From: Acaryochloris thomasi RCC1774
GTDB taxonomy: Bacteria > Cyanobacteriota > Cyanobacteriia > Thermosynechococcales > Thermosynechococcaceae
Direction: 5' to 3'
Length of the DNA stretch: 32,000 nucleotides
NCBI RefSeq assembly: GCF_003231495.1
Contig: NZ_PQWO01000025.1
Location: 1-32,000 of the forward strand
Shown: positions 1 to 8,744 of the stretch, one piece after another
How the letters are laid out: each line of letters starts with the position of its first letter
How positions within the stretch are numbered: position 1 is the first letter of the stretch
The notes under the pieces: model-generated
Databases searched by the model: none
What the model was told of the DNA's origin: nothing
Seen by the model: the letters and a program-made list of their open reading frames with translations, nothing else
Program-made: the position numbers and the translations under genes

Positions 1-1
1 A

Positions 2-118
2 GCGGGGCAGATGTTTAGCAATGAGTACGATTTAGCGATTGCCGTCATCGAAGGGATGACCGCTCGAGGTGAAAAGGGCAAATACAAGGTACACCGTCTT
101 AAGTTTAATTCCGCCTAG
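2..118 (+). CDS. 3' end of an unidentified CDS entering from upstream of the window
   Basis: Open frame from position 2 (...GQMFSNEYDLAIAVIEGMTARGEKGKYKVHRLKFNSA) ending at TAG 116-118. It is absent from the ORF track because it has no start in the window. No family recognised. Confidence 0.3.
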   Translation, partial: AGQMFSNEYDLAIAVIEGMTARGEKGKYKVHRLKFNSA

Positions 119-232
119 CTACTTATTGCTCTGCTAAGGATTTTCAATTCTCAAAATAGCAATCAATCCTTTTATCACTAGTGTTTCTTTAGCAGGTACA
201 GGTACCTATAAATTGAGTTTGATGAGATAAAT

Positions 233-667
233 ATGATGAAGCGAATGAATAGACAATTAGTCATTTTGGGTTTAGCTTTGCTAACTTGTCTTGGACTATC
301 GTTCTGGCTTGCTTCTGGTGCGATCGCTTTAGGAAATCAGAATCTATTGATGAAGGGTGCGATGGCCTCTGGGCAGTCTGTGACCCCTGCAGCCAATGTG
401 ACTGAAGGCTCATGCGTCGAAGGACAAACCATTGACTTGAATAATGCCAATGCGGTGGCGTTTACCGACTGCCCTGGATTTTATCCAACGCTGGCGAAAG
501 AGATTGTCACCCACGGCCCCTACGAATCTGTTGAAGATGTCCTCAACATCCCAGGGCTAAACGACCAGCAGCGAGAGCTGTTACAGAAAAAGTTGGACTT
601 GTTCTCTGTCTCTGAAGCCAGAATACCTATAGCTCAGCGGATGCCGCCCCGTTCCATGATGCGATGA
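233..667 (+). CDS. psbU: Photosystem II 12 kDa extrinsic protein PsbU
   Basis: N-terminal signal-like hydrophobic segment. The block IDLNNANAVAFTDCPGFYPTLAKEIVTHGPYESVEDVLNIPGLNDQQRELLQK matches the PsbU pattern I recall (IDLNN..FxxxPGxYPTLAxKIVxxxPYxSVEDVLxxPGL). Confidence 0.85.
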   Translation: MMKRMNRQLVILGLALLTCLGLSFWLASGAIALGNQNLLMKGAMASGQSVTPAANVTEGSCVEGQTIDLNNANAVAFTDCPGFYPTLAKEIVTHGPYESVEDVLNIPGLNDQQRELLQKKLDLFSVSEARIPIAQRMPPRSMMR

Positions 668-674
668 GATTGAT

Positions 675-698
675 GGGGGACGCGTCGAAGTGTCCCCT
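675..698 (+). terminator. Possible weak stem-loop after psbU
   Basis: GGGGAC (676-681) pairs with GTCCCC (692-697) around a 10-nt loop, 8 nt after the psbU stop. There is no clear U tract. Confidence 0.3.
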
Positions 699-701
699 GC
701 C

Positions 702-733
702 CTCACGGATTCCTCAGATTCCAGCTCTAAGTT
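702..733 (+). promoter_or_regulatory. Recurrent promoter-like module, instance A: 19-nt motif, 7-nt spacer, TAnnnT
   Basis: CTCACGGATTCCTCAGATT-ccagctc-TAAGTT, 74 nt upstream of the ATG at 807 and in the same orientation as that gene. Confidence 0.5.
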
Positions 734-806
734 GTAGGACATGGTCGTCCCTATCGATCTGTTATTTGGGAATGCAGAGTTATAGCACTGCTACAGGAGA
801 ATGTAG

Positions 807-1829
807 ATGAATTTAAACACAAACTATTTGGACCTGACGCTACGTTCTCCCTTAGTTGTAGGAGCCTGTGCGCCTCTGACGGAAAAAATTGAGCATCTAA
901 GACAGATAGAAGATGCTGGAGCTGCAGCAGTGGTGATGCATTCACTGTTTGAAGAACAATTACGTCAGGAGCGCTTTGAACTCCATCACCATCTCACCCA
1001 CTGTACCGAAAGCTTTGCTGAATCCCTTTCTTACTTCCCGGAACCCGATATTTTTCACGTCGGTGCAGAAGCTTATCTTGAGCACATTTGGCGGGCAAAG
1101 GAAATCGTCGATATCCCCATCATCGCCAGTCTCAACGGCTCAACCCTCGACAGTTGGACAAATTATGCTCAGCAAATTGAGGAGGCTGGGGCTGATGCCC
1201 TAGAGCTAAATATTTACGCGATTCCCACTGATATCGCGACTCCAGGAACGGCTGTTGAGCAAACCTATATAGATATCGTTCGCGCCGTCACGACAACCGT
1301 TAATATCCCCGTTGCCGTTAAACTGAGTCCTTTCTTTAGCAATTTGGCTTATATGGCTCGGCGCTTAACAGATGCCGGTGCCAATGGGCTGGTTTTGTTT
1401 AATCGTTTCTACCAGCCTGACATTGATCTTGAAACCCTAGAAGTCACGCCCAATGTCTTACTCAGTACCCCCCAAGATTTGCGGCTGCCCATGCGGTGGA
1501 TCGCAATTCTGTATGGAGCAGTGCCGATGGATTTAGCTGCAAGCAGCGGCATCCACACTGCAGCGGATGTATTGAAAATGCTGATGGTGGGAGCCAATGC
1601 CACCCTGCTGGTCAGTGTATTGCTGCGTCACGGAATTGATCACATTCGTACCCTAGAGCGAGATCTTCATCAGTGGTTAGAGGAGCACGATTATGACTCA
1701 GTACAGCAGCTCCAGGGCAACATGAGCCAGGTAAATTGTCCAGACCCCAGCGCCTATGAGCGGGTTCAGTACATGCAGGCTATCCAAACCTATCGCCCTT
1801 CATCAGAACCCTTTGTAAGTGTGAGTTAG
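807..1829 (+). CDS. Dihydroorotate dehydrogenase-like protein (class-1 PyrD/TIM-barrel flavoprotein family)
   Basis: 340-aa ORF whose layout resembles PyrD-like proteins (N-terminal LRSPLVVGA, IIASLNG, AGADALELNIY, PVAVKLSP, LVLFNR). Overlapping ORFs 751-945(-), 949-1203(+) and 1409-1603(-) are treated as shadow ORFs. Confidence 0.75.
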   Translation: MNLNTNYLDLTLRSPLVVGACAPLTEKIEHLRQIEDAGAAAVVMHSLFEEQLRQERFELHHHLTHCTESFAESLSYFPEPDIFHVGAEAYLEHIWRAKEIVDIPIIASLNGSTLDSWTNYAQQIEEAGADALELNIYAIPTDIATPGTAVEQTYIDIVRAVTTTVNIPVAVKLSPFFSNLAYMARRLTDAGANGLVLFNRFYQPDIDLETLEVTPNVLLSTPQDLRLPMRWIAILYGAVPMDLAASSGIHTAADVLKMLMVGANATLLVSVLLRHGIDHIRTLERDLHQWLEEHDYDSVQQLQGNMSQVNCPDPSAYERVQYMQAIQTYRPSSEPFVSVS

Positions 1830-1871
1830 TTCTGGGAATAACTATCCATCATTACTGATTACAAAAATCCT

Positions 1872-3026
1872 ATGACCCCACCGAAACGCATTGGAATACT
1901 CACCAGCGGCGGCGACTGTCCGGGACTGAACGCGATTATTCGGGCTGTGATCAAATGCGCGACGAACAACGGTTGGGAGGTCTTTGGTATTCCCTACGGC
2001 ACCAAGGGCTTTATTGACTTAGAAACCGGACAATGTCAGCCAGAAGACCTGCAGCTTAGAGAACATGGGTACGATCTGCCTAGCTTATTAGGAGGATTGG
2101 ATATTCTTCAGTTCCTCAGCGGTAGTGTTTTAGGGGCATTGAATAAAGGCGATCCTAGCGATCCAGACATTGCCCGAGAAATCTTGCAGGGCTATCGGCA
2201 TCTGAATCTTGATGCCTTAATTGCCATTGGCGGAGATGGCAGTCTCGACATCATTGATACCCTCGCTCAGCAGGGAAACTGGCAATGGATTGCGATTCCC
2301 AAAACCATCGATAATGATGTTCCGTTCACGGAGCAGTCCATCGGTTTTGATACCGCCGTCAATACAGTCACGAAGGCGCTTTATGATCTCACCTTTACGG
2401 CTGCCAGCCACGATCGCATCATGGCGGTCCAAGTCATGGGCCGCGATGCTGGACATTTAGCGTTTCAGTCTGGCATTGCCGGGGGCGCGGATGTGATTCT
2501 GATTCCAGAGCTAACGCCTTGCTTAAGCGAAAGGTTGGTGGATCAAATCTGTCACCAGATTTCTCGTCTGCGTCAGGGGGGCCGCCGATTTGCCCTTGTG
2601 GTGATTGCTGAAGGCGTTCGTAGACCAGACGGGAAAAAAGATTCACATATTAGCGATTATTTAGCACAGCAAATCCAGAGCCGGAGCCAAAGGTTGTGTG
2701 ACTCTGGAGCGCCGCAGTTTTGTACGCTACAAGAAGTCGATACTAGGGCTACGGTATTAGGACATATCCAGCGCAGTGGCACTCCTTCTGCCTTTGATCG
2801 GTTGCTAGCGGCTCGATTTGGTCGTGAGGCGATTAACCTGATTGCGATGGATAAGTACAACCAACTCGTGGTTTTGGAAAATGGCGAAGTGACCAGTAAA
2901 CCGTTAGATCAGGTGGTGCCTCAAGTTAGACAAAGCCATACAGATGGACGCTGCCCAGATCCGGTTGACGCTCAGGGACTGATGGTTCAGACGGCGAGGG
3001 ATTTGGGGATTTATGTTGGGGATTGA
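1872..3026 (+). CDS. pfkA: ATP-dependent 6-phosphofructokinase
   Basis: [36 protein letters not shown] and MGRDAGHLA are canonical PFK motifs. Confidence 0.9.
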   Translation: MTPPKRIGILTSGGDCPGLNAIIRAVIKCATNNGWEVFGIPYGTKGFIDLETGQCQPEDLQLREHGYDLPSLLGGLDILQFLSGSVLGALNKGDPSDPDIAREILQGYRHLNLDALIAIGGDGSLDIIDTLAQQGNWQWIAIPKTIDNDVPFTEQSIGFDTAVNTVTKALYDLTFTAASHDRIMAVQVMGRDAGHLAFQSGIAGGADVILIPELTPCLSERLVDQICHQISRLRQGGRRFALVVIAEGVRRPDGKKDSHISDYLAQQIQSRSQRLCDSGAPQFCTLQEVDTRATVLGHIQRSGTPSAFDRLLAARFGREAINLIAMDKYNQLVVLENGEVTSKPLDQVVPQVRQSHTDGRCPDPVDAQGLMVQTARDLGIYVGD

Positions 3027-3032
3027 ATGCAA

Positions 3033-3070
3033 AAGTTATGAGTTTTGTATGTTGAGCTTTGAGTTTGGGA
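3033..3070 (+). repeat. TGAGTTT-rich dispersed repeat, copy R1
   Basis: aagttatgagttttgtatgttgagctttgagtttggga, directly after the pfkA stop. It resembles copies at 14917-14954 and 26985-27021. Confidence 0.5.
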
Positions 3071-3121
3071 GAGGCCAGAGATTGGGCGATAGATCGCCAG
3101 ATGTTCTGGGTTTGCTGAGTT

Positions 3122-4255
3122 ATGAAGTTTGTTGATGAGTATCGGGATGCTGAGACAGCTCAAGGGTATGCGCGGGAGATTACGGGTCTAGTCACGCGAC
3201 CCTGGACGATCATGGAAATTTGTGGGGGGCAGACCCATGCAATTGTGAAGTATGGGATTGACCAGCTTCTCCCGGATGAAATTACGCTGATACATGGGCC
3301 GGGGTGTCCGGTATGTGTGACTCCAGTGGCGTTGATTGATGATGCGATCTCACTTTCTTTAACTCCCAATACCATTCTCTGTTCCTTTGGCGATATGCTG
3401 CGCGTGCCGGGAAGTGACTGCGATCTCTTATCAGCAAAGGCTCAGGGTGGCTCGGTACGAATGGTTTACTCTCCGCTGGATGCCCTCAAGCTAGCTCAGA
3501 AAAACCCAGAACAGCAGGTGGTTTTCTTTGCGGTGGGCTTTGAAACCACGGCCCCGACAACCGCAATGGCTGTTTATCAAGCACATCAGCAGAAAGTGGA
3601 CAATTTTTCAGTGTTGGTGGCCCATGTTTTGGTCCCACCCGCGATGGCGGCGATTTTAGCTGCGCCGGACTGCAGAGTGCAGGGCTTCTTAGCGGCAGGG
3701 CATGTTTGTACAGTGATGGGATATGGGGAATATGATGAGATCGCAGCCCAATATCACACCCCAATTGTCGTCACAGGCTTTGAACCCGTCGATATTCTGC
3801 AGGGGATTTATCACTGTATACAACAGCTAGAAGCCGGGACAGCTACAGTTGAGAATCAGTATGCCCGAGCCGTTCAACCCCAAGGGAACCTGACTGCTCA
3901 GCGGCTAATGATGGAAGTCTTTGAGGGGTGCGATCGCAAGTGGCGCGGCATGGACAGCATGCCTAAAAGTGGACTCAAACTTCGCTCTGAGTATGCCTAT
4001 CTTGATGCCCACCATCATCTGTCGAGGGAAGTGGGTCAACCACTAAATTCCAGCTTGTCTGCCAGCGCATCTCGTCCAGAAACCGAGTGCATCAGTGGAC
4101 AGATTTTACAAGGAACCCAAAAGCCGCCCGACTGTCCGGCCTTTGGCACCCGTTGTATACCTGAACACCCCCTCGGTGCCCCAATGGTATCGTCGGAAGG
4201 CGCTTGTGCCGCCTATTATCGATATCGGCAGTCGATGCCCTATTACAAGGTTTAG
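3122..4255 (+). CDS. hypD: [NiFe]-hydrogenase maturation protein HypD
   Basis: MKFVDEYRD start, [30 protein letters not shown], and the C-terminal [19 protein letters not shown] motif. Confidence 0.9.
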   Translation: MKFVDEYRDAETAQGYAREITGLVTRPWTIMEICGGQTHAIVKYGIDQLLPDEITLIHGPGCPVCVTPVALIDDAISLSLTPNTILCSFGDMLRVPGSDCDLLSAKAQGGSVRMVYSPLDALKLAQKNPEQQVVFFAVGFETTAPTTAMAVYQAHQQKVDNFSVLVAHVLVPPAMAAILAAPDCRVQGFLAAGHVCTVMGYGEYDEIAAQYHTPIVVTGFEPVDILQGIYHCIQQLEAGTATVENQYARAVQPQGNLTAQRLMMEVFEGCDRKWRGMDSMPKSGLKLRSEYAYLDAHHHLSREVGQPLNSSLSASASRPETECISGQILQGTQKPPDCPAFGTRCIPEHPLGAPMVSSEGACAAYYRYRQSMPYYKV

Positions 4256-4298
4256 CACGCTCAAGATTCAAACTTAATTTTCTGAACAAAATGAACTA

Positions 4299-4396
4299 CC
4301 GTATAATTCCGAGATAATGACATTATCTCGGAATTATACGGATGGTGGCGGATAATATCCTTCCAGGCGGAGTTATCCGCCACCATCCGTATAATT
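4299..4396. repeat. 98-nt element of two overlapping perfect inverted repeats bounded by direct CCGTATAATT repeats
   Basis: IR1 has arms 4299-4319 and 4321-4341 (21 bp, perfect). IR2 core has arms 4342-4355 and 4373-4386 (14 bp, perfect). AATTATACGG (4332-4341) is complementary to CCGTATAATT at both 4299-4308 and 4387-4396. Confidence 0.7.
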
Positions 4397-4447
4397 AGTA
4401 TTATGTGGCACCGATAGACTGCAATAGCAAACCCCGAATCTCAGAAA

Positions 4448-4678
4448 TTGTGTTGGAAATTTGAAGACATCATCACTTTTAACAAGGTTTTAGATTTAGC
4501 TAGTAAGATGCGTATGGCTCAGCAAGATCCCTCTGAACAACAAAAGCTAGTAATAACACTTGAAGAGAATGCAATGGATTCTCTCGTTCACGGCATTGAG
4601 CATCACCTTTATGGCAAACGTAAGTCTGATTGGAAATATATAGTTCTGCATGTTTTCCATGCAGTTGAACTTTTTTAA
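4448..4678 (+). CDS. N-terminal fragment of a split HEPN-like protein (hypothetical)
   Basis: ORF ends ...VLHVFHAVELF* at TAA 4676-4678, directly after a T6 run (4671-4676). The translation continues in the -1 frame into the next ORF. The true start is uncertain (TTG 4448 or ATG 4508). Confidence 0.45.
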   Translation: MCWKFEDIITFNKVLDLASKMRMAQQDPSEQQKLVITLEENAMDSLVHGIEHHLYGKRKSDWKYIVLHVFHAVELF

Positions 4679-4767
4679 AGGCAAGACTTGCAAAGCATGA
4701 TGAAAAACTTATTTATACAAATCGCAAAAATGGACATACAGTTAGTTGCGTTGAAGCAATCGGGCGA

Positions 4768-5436
4768 TTGGTAAATGAAGTGAATATTCCGCTGGATAGT
4801 TATGCGGAATGTAAATTCAATAGCAAAAAAGCTAAATATCAATTTACCGGAGAGTTGGAAGAGTTACGGCAAGCAAGAAATGACATTGAGCATAAGGAAG
4901 CTTCTCTTAATAAAGATGCAGTTAATAAATTCCTGGGTGTCTCATTCCGATTCTTAGATGATTTTGTGAGTCGAGAGCTAGGACTAAGTTTGTCTGAGAA
5001 GTTAGAAGAACTTGATGAACTTCGATGGGAAGAGATGATTGAAGCAGGTATAGAAGAAATACCTGAGCAAGACAGCTACCAAACGCTCTCTCTTGCTTTC
5101 CTCTTGTACATTAAACATATGTCAGATCGGGGTATACCACTTCATCCTAAGGAAAGAGTTGATCATTCATTTTTTACTTGCGAAGTATGTGGTGAAGAAG
5201 CAGTTGTTCTACCCGATCCAAGGTCCTACTCTACGATCACTTACTGCTACAATTGTCGCGCTAAATATGAAGGTCATGCGTGTGCAAGATGTGAGCAGAT
5301 TTACATAGAATATTTAGGTGAATGGGAAAAAGGCGACATCCCACCTGAGCATCCTGATTTGAAAAGTCTTTTGAACTCTGGAGAAGATGACATGTCTTTT
5401 TGTCAAATGTGTCAAGGTTGGATTGCAGATCAGTAA
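4768..5436 (+). CDS. C-terminal fragment of the split HEPN-like protein: RNDIEH (Rx4H) helix plus four CxxC pairs
   Basis: This frame is already open from 4669 (TFLKARLAKHDEKLIYTNRKNGHTVSCVEAIGRL...). Contains LRQARNDIEHK, then CEVC...CYNC and CARC...CQMC. The region is AT-rich and has no GCGATCGC. Confidence 0.55.
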   Translation: MVNEVNIPLDSYAECKFNSKKAKYQFTGELEELRQARNDIEHKEASLNKDAVNKFLGVSFRFLDDFVSRELGLSLSEKLEELDELRWEEMIEAGIEEIPEQDSYQTLSLAFLLYIKHMSDRGIPLHPKERVDHSFFTCEVCGEEAVVLPDPRSYSTITYCYNCRAKYEGHACARCEQIYIEYLGEWEKGDIPPEHPDLKSLLNSGEDDMSFCQMCQGWIADQ

Positions 5437-5654
5437 TAGTGAAAATGCCGCATAACAATTCGGGTGCAGCGGATTGATCGAAGCCGCTTGGGTTGGATGC
5501 AAAAAACTTGGCAACCGCTGACCCGAACCGGTTATCAGGCTTCGCATGAAGACTTTGTAATTGTCCTTCCGTGCGATCAGGGGCCAAAAGCAACCGTTGG
5601 GCTATCTCTGCTAAATTCCAATAGTATAAGACTAGACCTATATGGAGGTGTACT

Positions 5655-5948
5655 ATGACCCCACAACTTGAAGTCGCAGTCGCTGCCATCCAGTCACTCT
5701 CACCCACAGAGCGTCAGCAACTGCTGCAAATTCTTATCCAAAGCGACTTAAACTCAACTTCTCAAACTGATCTCAAAGCACTCAGCACCCAGTTTTGGCA
5801 TGGCACCTCACTCAAGCAATTACGCGCCACCCAAACTCCCACGACCATTCATAACCTCAAAGATCTTGCTGCTGACTTTTGGCCCGCAGAAGACTCGATT
5901 GAGGATTTCCTTACCTTTCTGCGAGAGCAGCGCCAAGCAGTGATCTAG
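5655..5948 (+). CDS. Putative antitoxin partner of the downstream PIN toxin
   Basis: 97-aa ORF ending 10 nt before the PIN gene. GGAGG lies about 6 nt upstream of the ATG. Assigned by position and size only; no recognisable DNA-binding motif. Confidence 0.55.
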   Translation: MTPQLEVAVAAIQSLSPTERQQLLQILIQSDLNSTSQTDLKALSTQFWHGTSLKQLRATQTPTTIHNLKDLAADFWPAEDSIEDFLTFLREQRQAVI

Positions 5949-5958
5949 CCGAAATCCC

Positions 5959-6360
5959 ATGAGCCTTGCCCTAATTGACACGGACATCACCTCCTTCATC
6001 TTCAAAGGTAGCGACTATGCCGATCCTTACCTGCCACTTCTGAGCGATCAGGAATTAGCACTTTCTTTCATGACCATCGCTGAACTGTTTCAGTGGGCGA
6101 TCCTGCGTCAGTGGGGCAAGCGTCGCTTTTCGCAGCTAGAGCAATACCTATCGAATTACCTCATCATTCCGGTTGATCAACCGCTTTGTCGGGAATGGGC
6201 GCAGGTGCGGAGCGATCGCCAGAGTGCAGGACGACCGATTTCCCCTCAGGATGCTTGGATTGCCGCCACAGCTTTACGCCACGACTTACCGCTAGTCACT
6301 CACAACATCAAAGATTTTGCAGGAATTTCCAATCTACAGCTCATGATGCCTCCACTCTAA
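5959..6360 (+). CDS. vapC: PIN-domain ribonuclease, VapC-family toxin
   Basis: N-terminal LIDTDI, an acidic residue in TIAELF, PISPQDAWIAATAL and LVTHNIKDF match the PIN/VapC pattern. Confidence 0.85.
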   Translation: MSLALIDTDITSFIFKGSDYADPYLPLLSDQELALSFMTIAELFQWAILRQWGKRRFSQLEQYLSNYLIIPVDQPLCREWAQVRSDRQSAGRPISPQDAWIAATALRHDLPLVTHNIKDFAGISNLQLMMPPL

Positions 6361-6385
6361 CGCCTTGCTTGTTGTAGTCAGAACG

Positions 6386-6417
6386 CTCACAAAGTCCTCA
6401 AGTTTAGTGCCTATCTT
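6386..6417 (+). promoter_or_regulatory. Recurrent promoter-like module, instance B
   Basis: CTCACAAAGTCCTCAAGTT-tagtgcc-TATCTT, about 80 nt upstream of the small ORF at 6499. Confidence 0.5.
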
Positions 6418-6498
6418 CTAGGTGGGGCGGGCCATAACATCAGCCCTCACGCCTGATGCCCATAGCGAGAGCAGGCCCCACGCCAGGAGGTGTACATC

Positions 6499-6678
6499 AT
6501 GATCAACACAAAACCGAAACCTGCTCAACAACCATCCGTTCCTCAGCGGAAAAAGCATTGTAAGCGCAAAGACTTACGAAGACAAAATTTGAAAATAAAT
6601 CCTCCGAAGTGGTCTGTTCATCTACAGCGTCCTACCCCGACTTCTGAGAAGTTAAGTGATTGGGCAGAAGCGTCCTAG
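6499..6678 (+). CDS. Small, very basic hypothetical protein (59 aa)
   Basis: AGGAGG (6485-6490) lies 8 nt before ATG 6499. Product MINTKPKPAQQPSVPQRKKHCKRKDLRRQNLK... No homology recognised. Confidence 0.3.
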   Translation: MINTKPKPAQQPSVPQRKKHCKRKDLRRQNLKINPPKWSVHLQRPTPTSEKLSDWAEAS

Positions 6679-6712
6679 AATAACGGCCCCCCTAGACAGG
6701 AGAGAACGAAGG

Positions 6713-7165
6713 ATGAGATCACAACCCCACTCCGGCTTGAATTTCCAAGGCAAAATTATTGCTCTATGGACGACGTTTTTGTTGGGGATGCTCTTTCATA
6801 CCCAGTTGGCTCTAATGCCGCTATTTCATGGTATTGATGTCACCCAGTCCCATACCCATGAATATTTAGAATTGTCCTCTATCCTGTGGTTAATGCTGGG
6901 GATCTTTGCCCTGCCCATGCTGGCTATTGTGGCGATAGCCTTTACCGCGTCGAGACGATTTCGACAGCTCCACTTCGGCCTCACTGTGTTTTTTACTGTG
7001 AGCAATCTCCTGCATTTTGTGTCAGACGTATTGGTCTCTGTACCCAGCTATCAACTCTTTTTGATGGCCCTCTTATTTGCGATCGGACTGCTTCTTAATT
7101 TAGTCTCCTATCAATGGATCAGAGAGGGAAACCGTGATCGCCAACTCTTCAAGGCAGTCTTGTGA
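6713..7165 (+). CDS. Hypothetical integral membrane protein (about 4 TM segments)
   Basis: Four hydrophobic stretches in the translation. ATG 6713 is preferred over the 6656 start because the upstream part is highly charged and overlaps the small ORF. Confidence 0.6.
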   Translation: MRSQPHSGLNFQGKIIALWTTFLLGMLFHTQLALMPLFHGIDVTQSHTHEYLELSSILWLMLGIFALPMLAIVAIAFTASRRFRQLHFGLTVFFTVSNLLHFVSDVLVSVPSYQLFLMALLFAIGLLLNLVSYQWIREGNRDRQLFKAVL

Positions 7166-7191
7166 AGTTGAGAGGATGATGTCATTTCTCT

Positions 7192-8706
7192 ATGACTAAT
7201 TCTTCGACTGACATCATTTTTATTGGAGCAGGCATCGCTGGACTCGCTGCGGGCTGCTATGCCCAAATGAATGGCTATCGCACGGAGATCTTTGAGCTAC
7301 ATAACCAGCCGGGAGGACTATGCACCGCCTGGGAACGCAACGGATATACCTTCGACGGCTGCATTCACTACTTGTTTGGCTCGGCTCCAGGACAGCCCTT
7401 TCACAACCTGTGGCAAGAGCTAGGCACTATTCAGGACCGATCATTTGTACACCATGATGAACTCATCCGTCTGACGGGGCCAGAGGGAAAGACGCTGATT
7501 GTTTATAGCGATCCTGATCGGCTGCGAGAGCACCTGATCGCGCTGTCACCCTGCGATCGCGAACTAATCCACGCCTTCTGCAACGATATTCTTGCCTTCA
7601 GACACTTTGATCTATCCTTGCTGCAGCAACAGCCCAAAGCGTTAATGGGGCCGATTGATTGGGCAAAACTGGGCCGAAAGACGCTGCCGTTTTTAAGTCC
7701 GATGATTCGGTGGGGCCGATACTCTGCTCAAGACTTTGGCAAGCGGTTCAAAGATCCATTTCTACGACAGGCTATTCCTCAGATGTTTTCTTGGCCCAGC
7801 ATTCCTCTCATTGTGGGGATGTCGCTGCTGGCTGCAATGCATAATAAAAATGCTGGATATCCCCTCGGTGGATCGCTGGTGTTTGCCCGTGCCATTGAGC
7901 AACGGTACCGAGCGCTGGGGGGAACGATTCACTACAGCGCTCAGGTGGAACGAATTTTAGTCAAGCGAGATCGCGCCATTGGCATCCGGCTATACAACAA
8001 TGATGAGTATTTCGCGCACCGCATCATTTCTGCCTGTGATGGACGGAACACCCTGTTTGATCTGTTAGACGGGCGATATACAACGCGCTGCACTAAGCGT
8101 TTTTATGATGGGCATCTCCCGATCCACTCTCAGTTGCAGGTGTCATTAGGAGTCAACCGTGATTGTTCAGATCATCCGCACTGGGTCACGCACCTACTCG
8201 ATCAGCCCATCACCATCGCAGGAGAGAAGCAGTATGAAATCAGCGTTAAGCACTATTGTTTCGATCCATCGCTAGCCCCTACGGGGAAATCTGTTATGAT
8301 CGTCATGATGAATACGCCTAATTCCTATTGGCAGCGCATTTATGGGCGCTCAGCCTATGCTGCTGAAGAGATCCAAGAATCGAGCATTCTCATTGATCAA
8401 CTGGAGCGCATTTATCCCGGTATCAAAGCAGATATTGAATGCGTTGATGTGGCAACGCCGCTCAGCTATGAGCGGTATACCGGCAACTGGCAAGGCTCAA
8501 GTTGCGGATGGCTGCTCACCAAGCGAACGATGCCGTTGATGATTGGTGGTCTACCCAAGACACTTCCAGGACTGGCTCACTTTTATCAAATTGGTCAGTG
8601 GGTTGAACCGGGGGGGAGTGTCCCCATTGTGGCGATGTCGGGGCGCAATATTATTCAGCAGATCTGCCATGAGGACCGCAGGATATTTGCAACAACAAGT
8701 CCCTGA
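7192..8706 (+). CDS. NAD(P)/FAD-dependent oxidoreductase, phytoene desaturase (CrtI) family
   Basis: N-terminal dinucleotide fold IIFIGAGIAGLAAGCYAQMNGYRTEIFELHNQPGG, and a 504-aa length typical of the CrtI-like amine-oxidase superfamily. Confidence 0.85.
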   Translation: MTNSSTDIIFIGAGIAGLAAGCYAQMNGYRTEIFELHNQPGGLCTAWERNGYTFDGCIHYLFGSAPGQPFHNLWQELGTIQDRSFVHHDELIRLTGPEGKTLIVYSDPDRLREHLIALSPCDRELIHAFCNDILAFRHFDLSLLQQQPKALMGPIDWAKLGRKTLPFLSPMIRWGRYSAQDFGKRFKDPFLRQAIPQMFSWPSIPLIVGMSLLAAMHNKNAGYPLGGSLVFARAIEQRYRALGGTIHYSAQVERILVKRDRAIGIRLYNNDEYFAHRIISACDGRNTLFDLLDGRYTTRCTKRFYDGHLPIHSQLQVSLGVNRDCSDHPHWVTHLLDQPITIAGEKQYEISVKHYCFDPSLAPTGKSVMIVMMNTPNSYWQRIYGRSAYAAEEIQESSILIDQLERIYPGIKADIECVDVATPLSYERYTGNWQGSSCGWLLTKRTMPLMIGGLPKTLPGLAHFYQIGQWVEPGGSVPIVAMSGRNIIQQICHEDRRIFATTSP

Positions 8707-8744
8707 TCTCTGCTCTAACCTGAATTGCTTAAGCTGCAATCCAT

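Noticed and set aside
196-213. AGGTACAGGTACC tandem/palindrome followed by TATAAA upstream of psbU
   Set aside because: It may be part of the psbU promoter, but there is no recognisable -35 at proper spacing and no second copy elsewhere. That is too little to call.
5008-5026. 15-nt identity to the recurrent motif (gaacttgatgaactt) on the antisense strand inside the HEPN-like CDS
   Set aside because: In reverse complement, the 7-nt spacer is followed by CTTCTC, not a TAnnnT hexamer. The match is explained by codons for EELDEL, so it is probably coincidental.
5261-5707. 148-aa minus-strand ORF spanning the HEPN-like gene end, the intergenic region and the antitoxin start
   Set aside because: It overlaps two better-supported plus-strand genes, and no RBS or family signature was seen. 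The intergenic part (5437-5654) has normal GC and only short 5-bp stems, so no feature is called.
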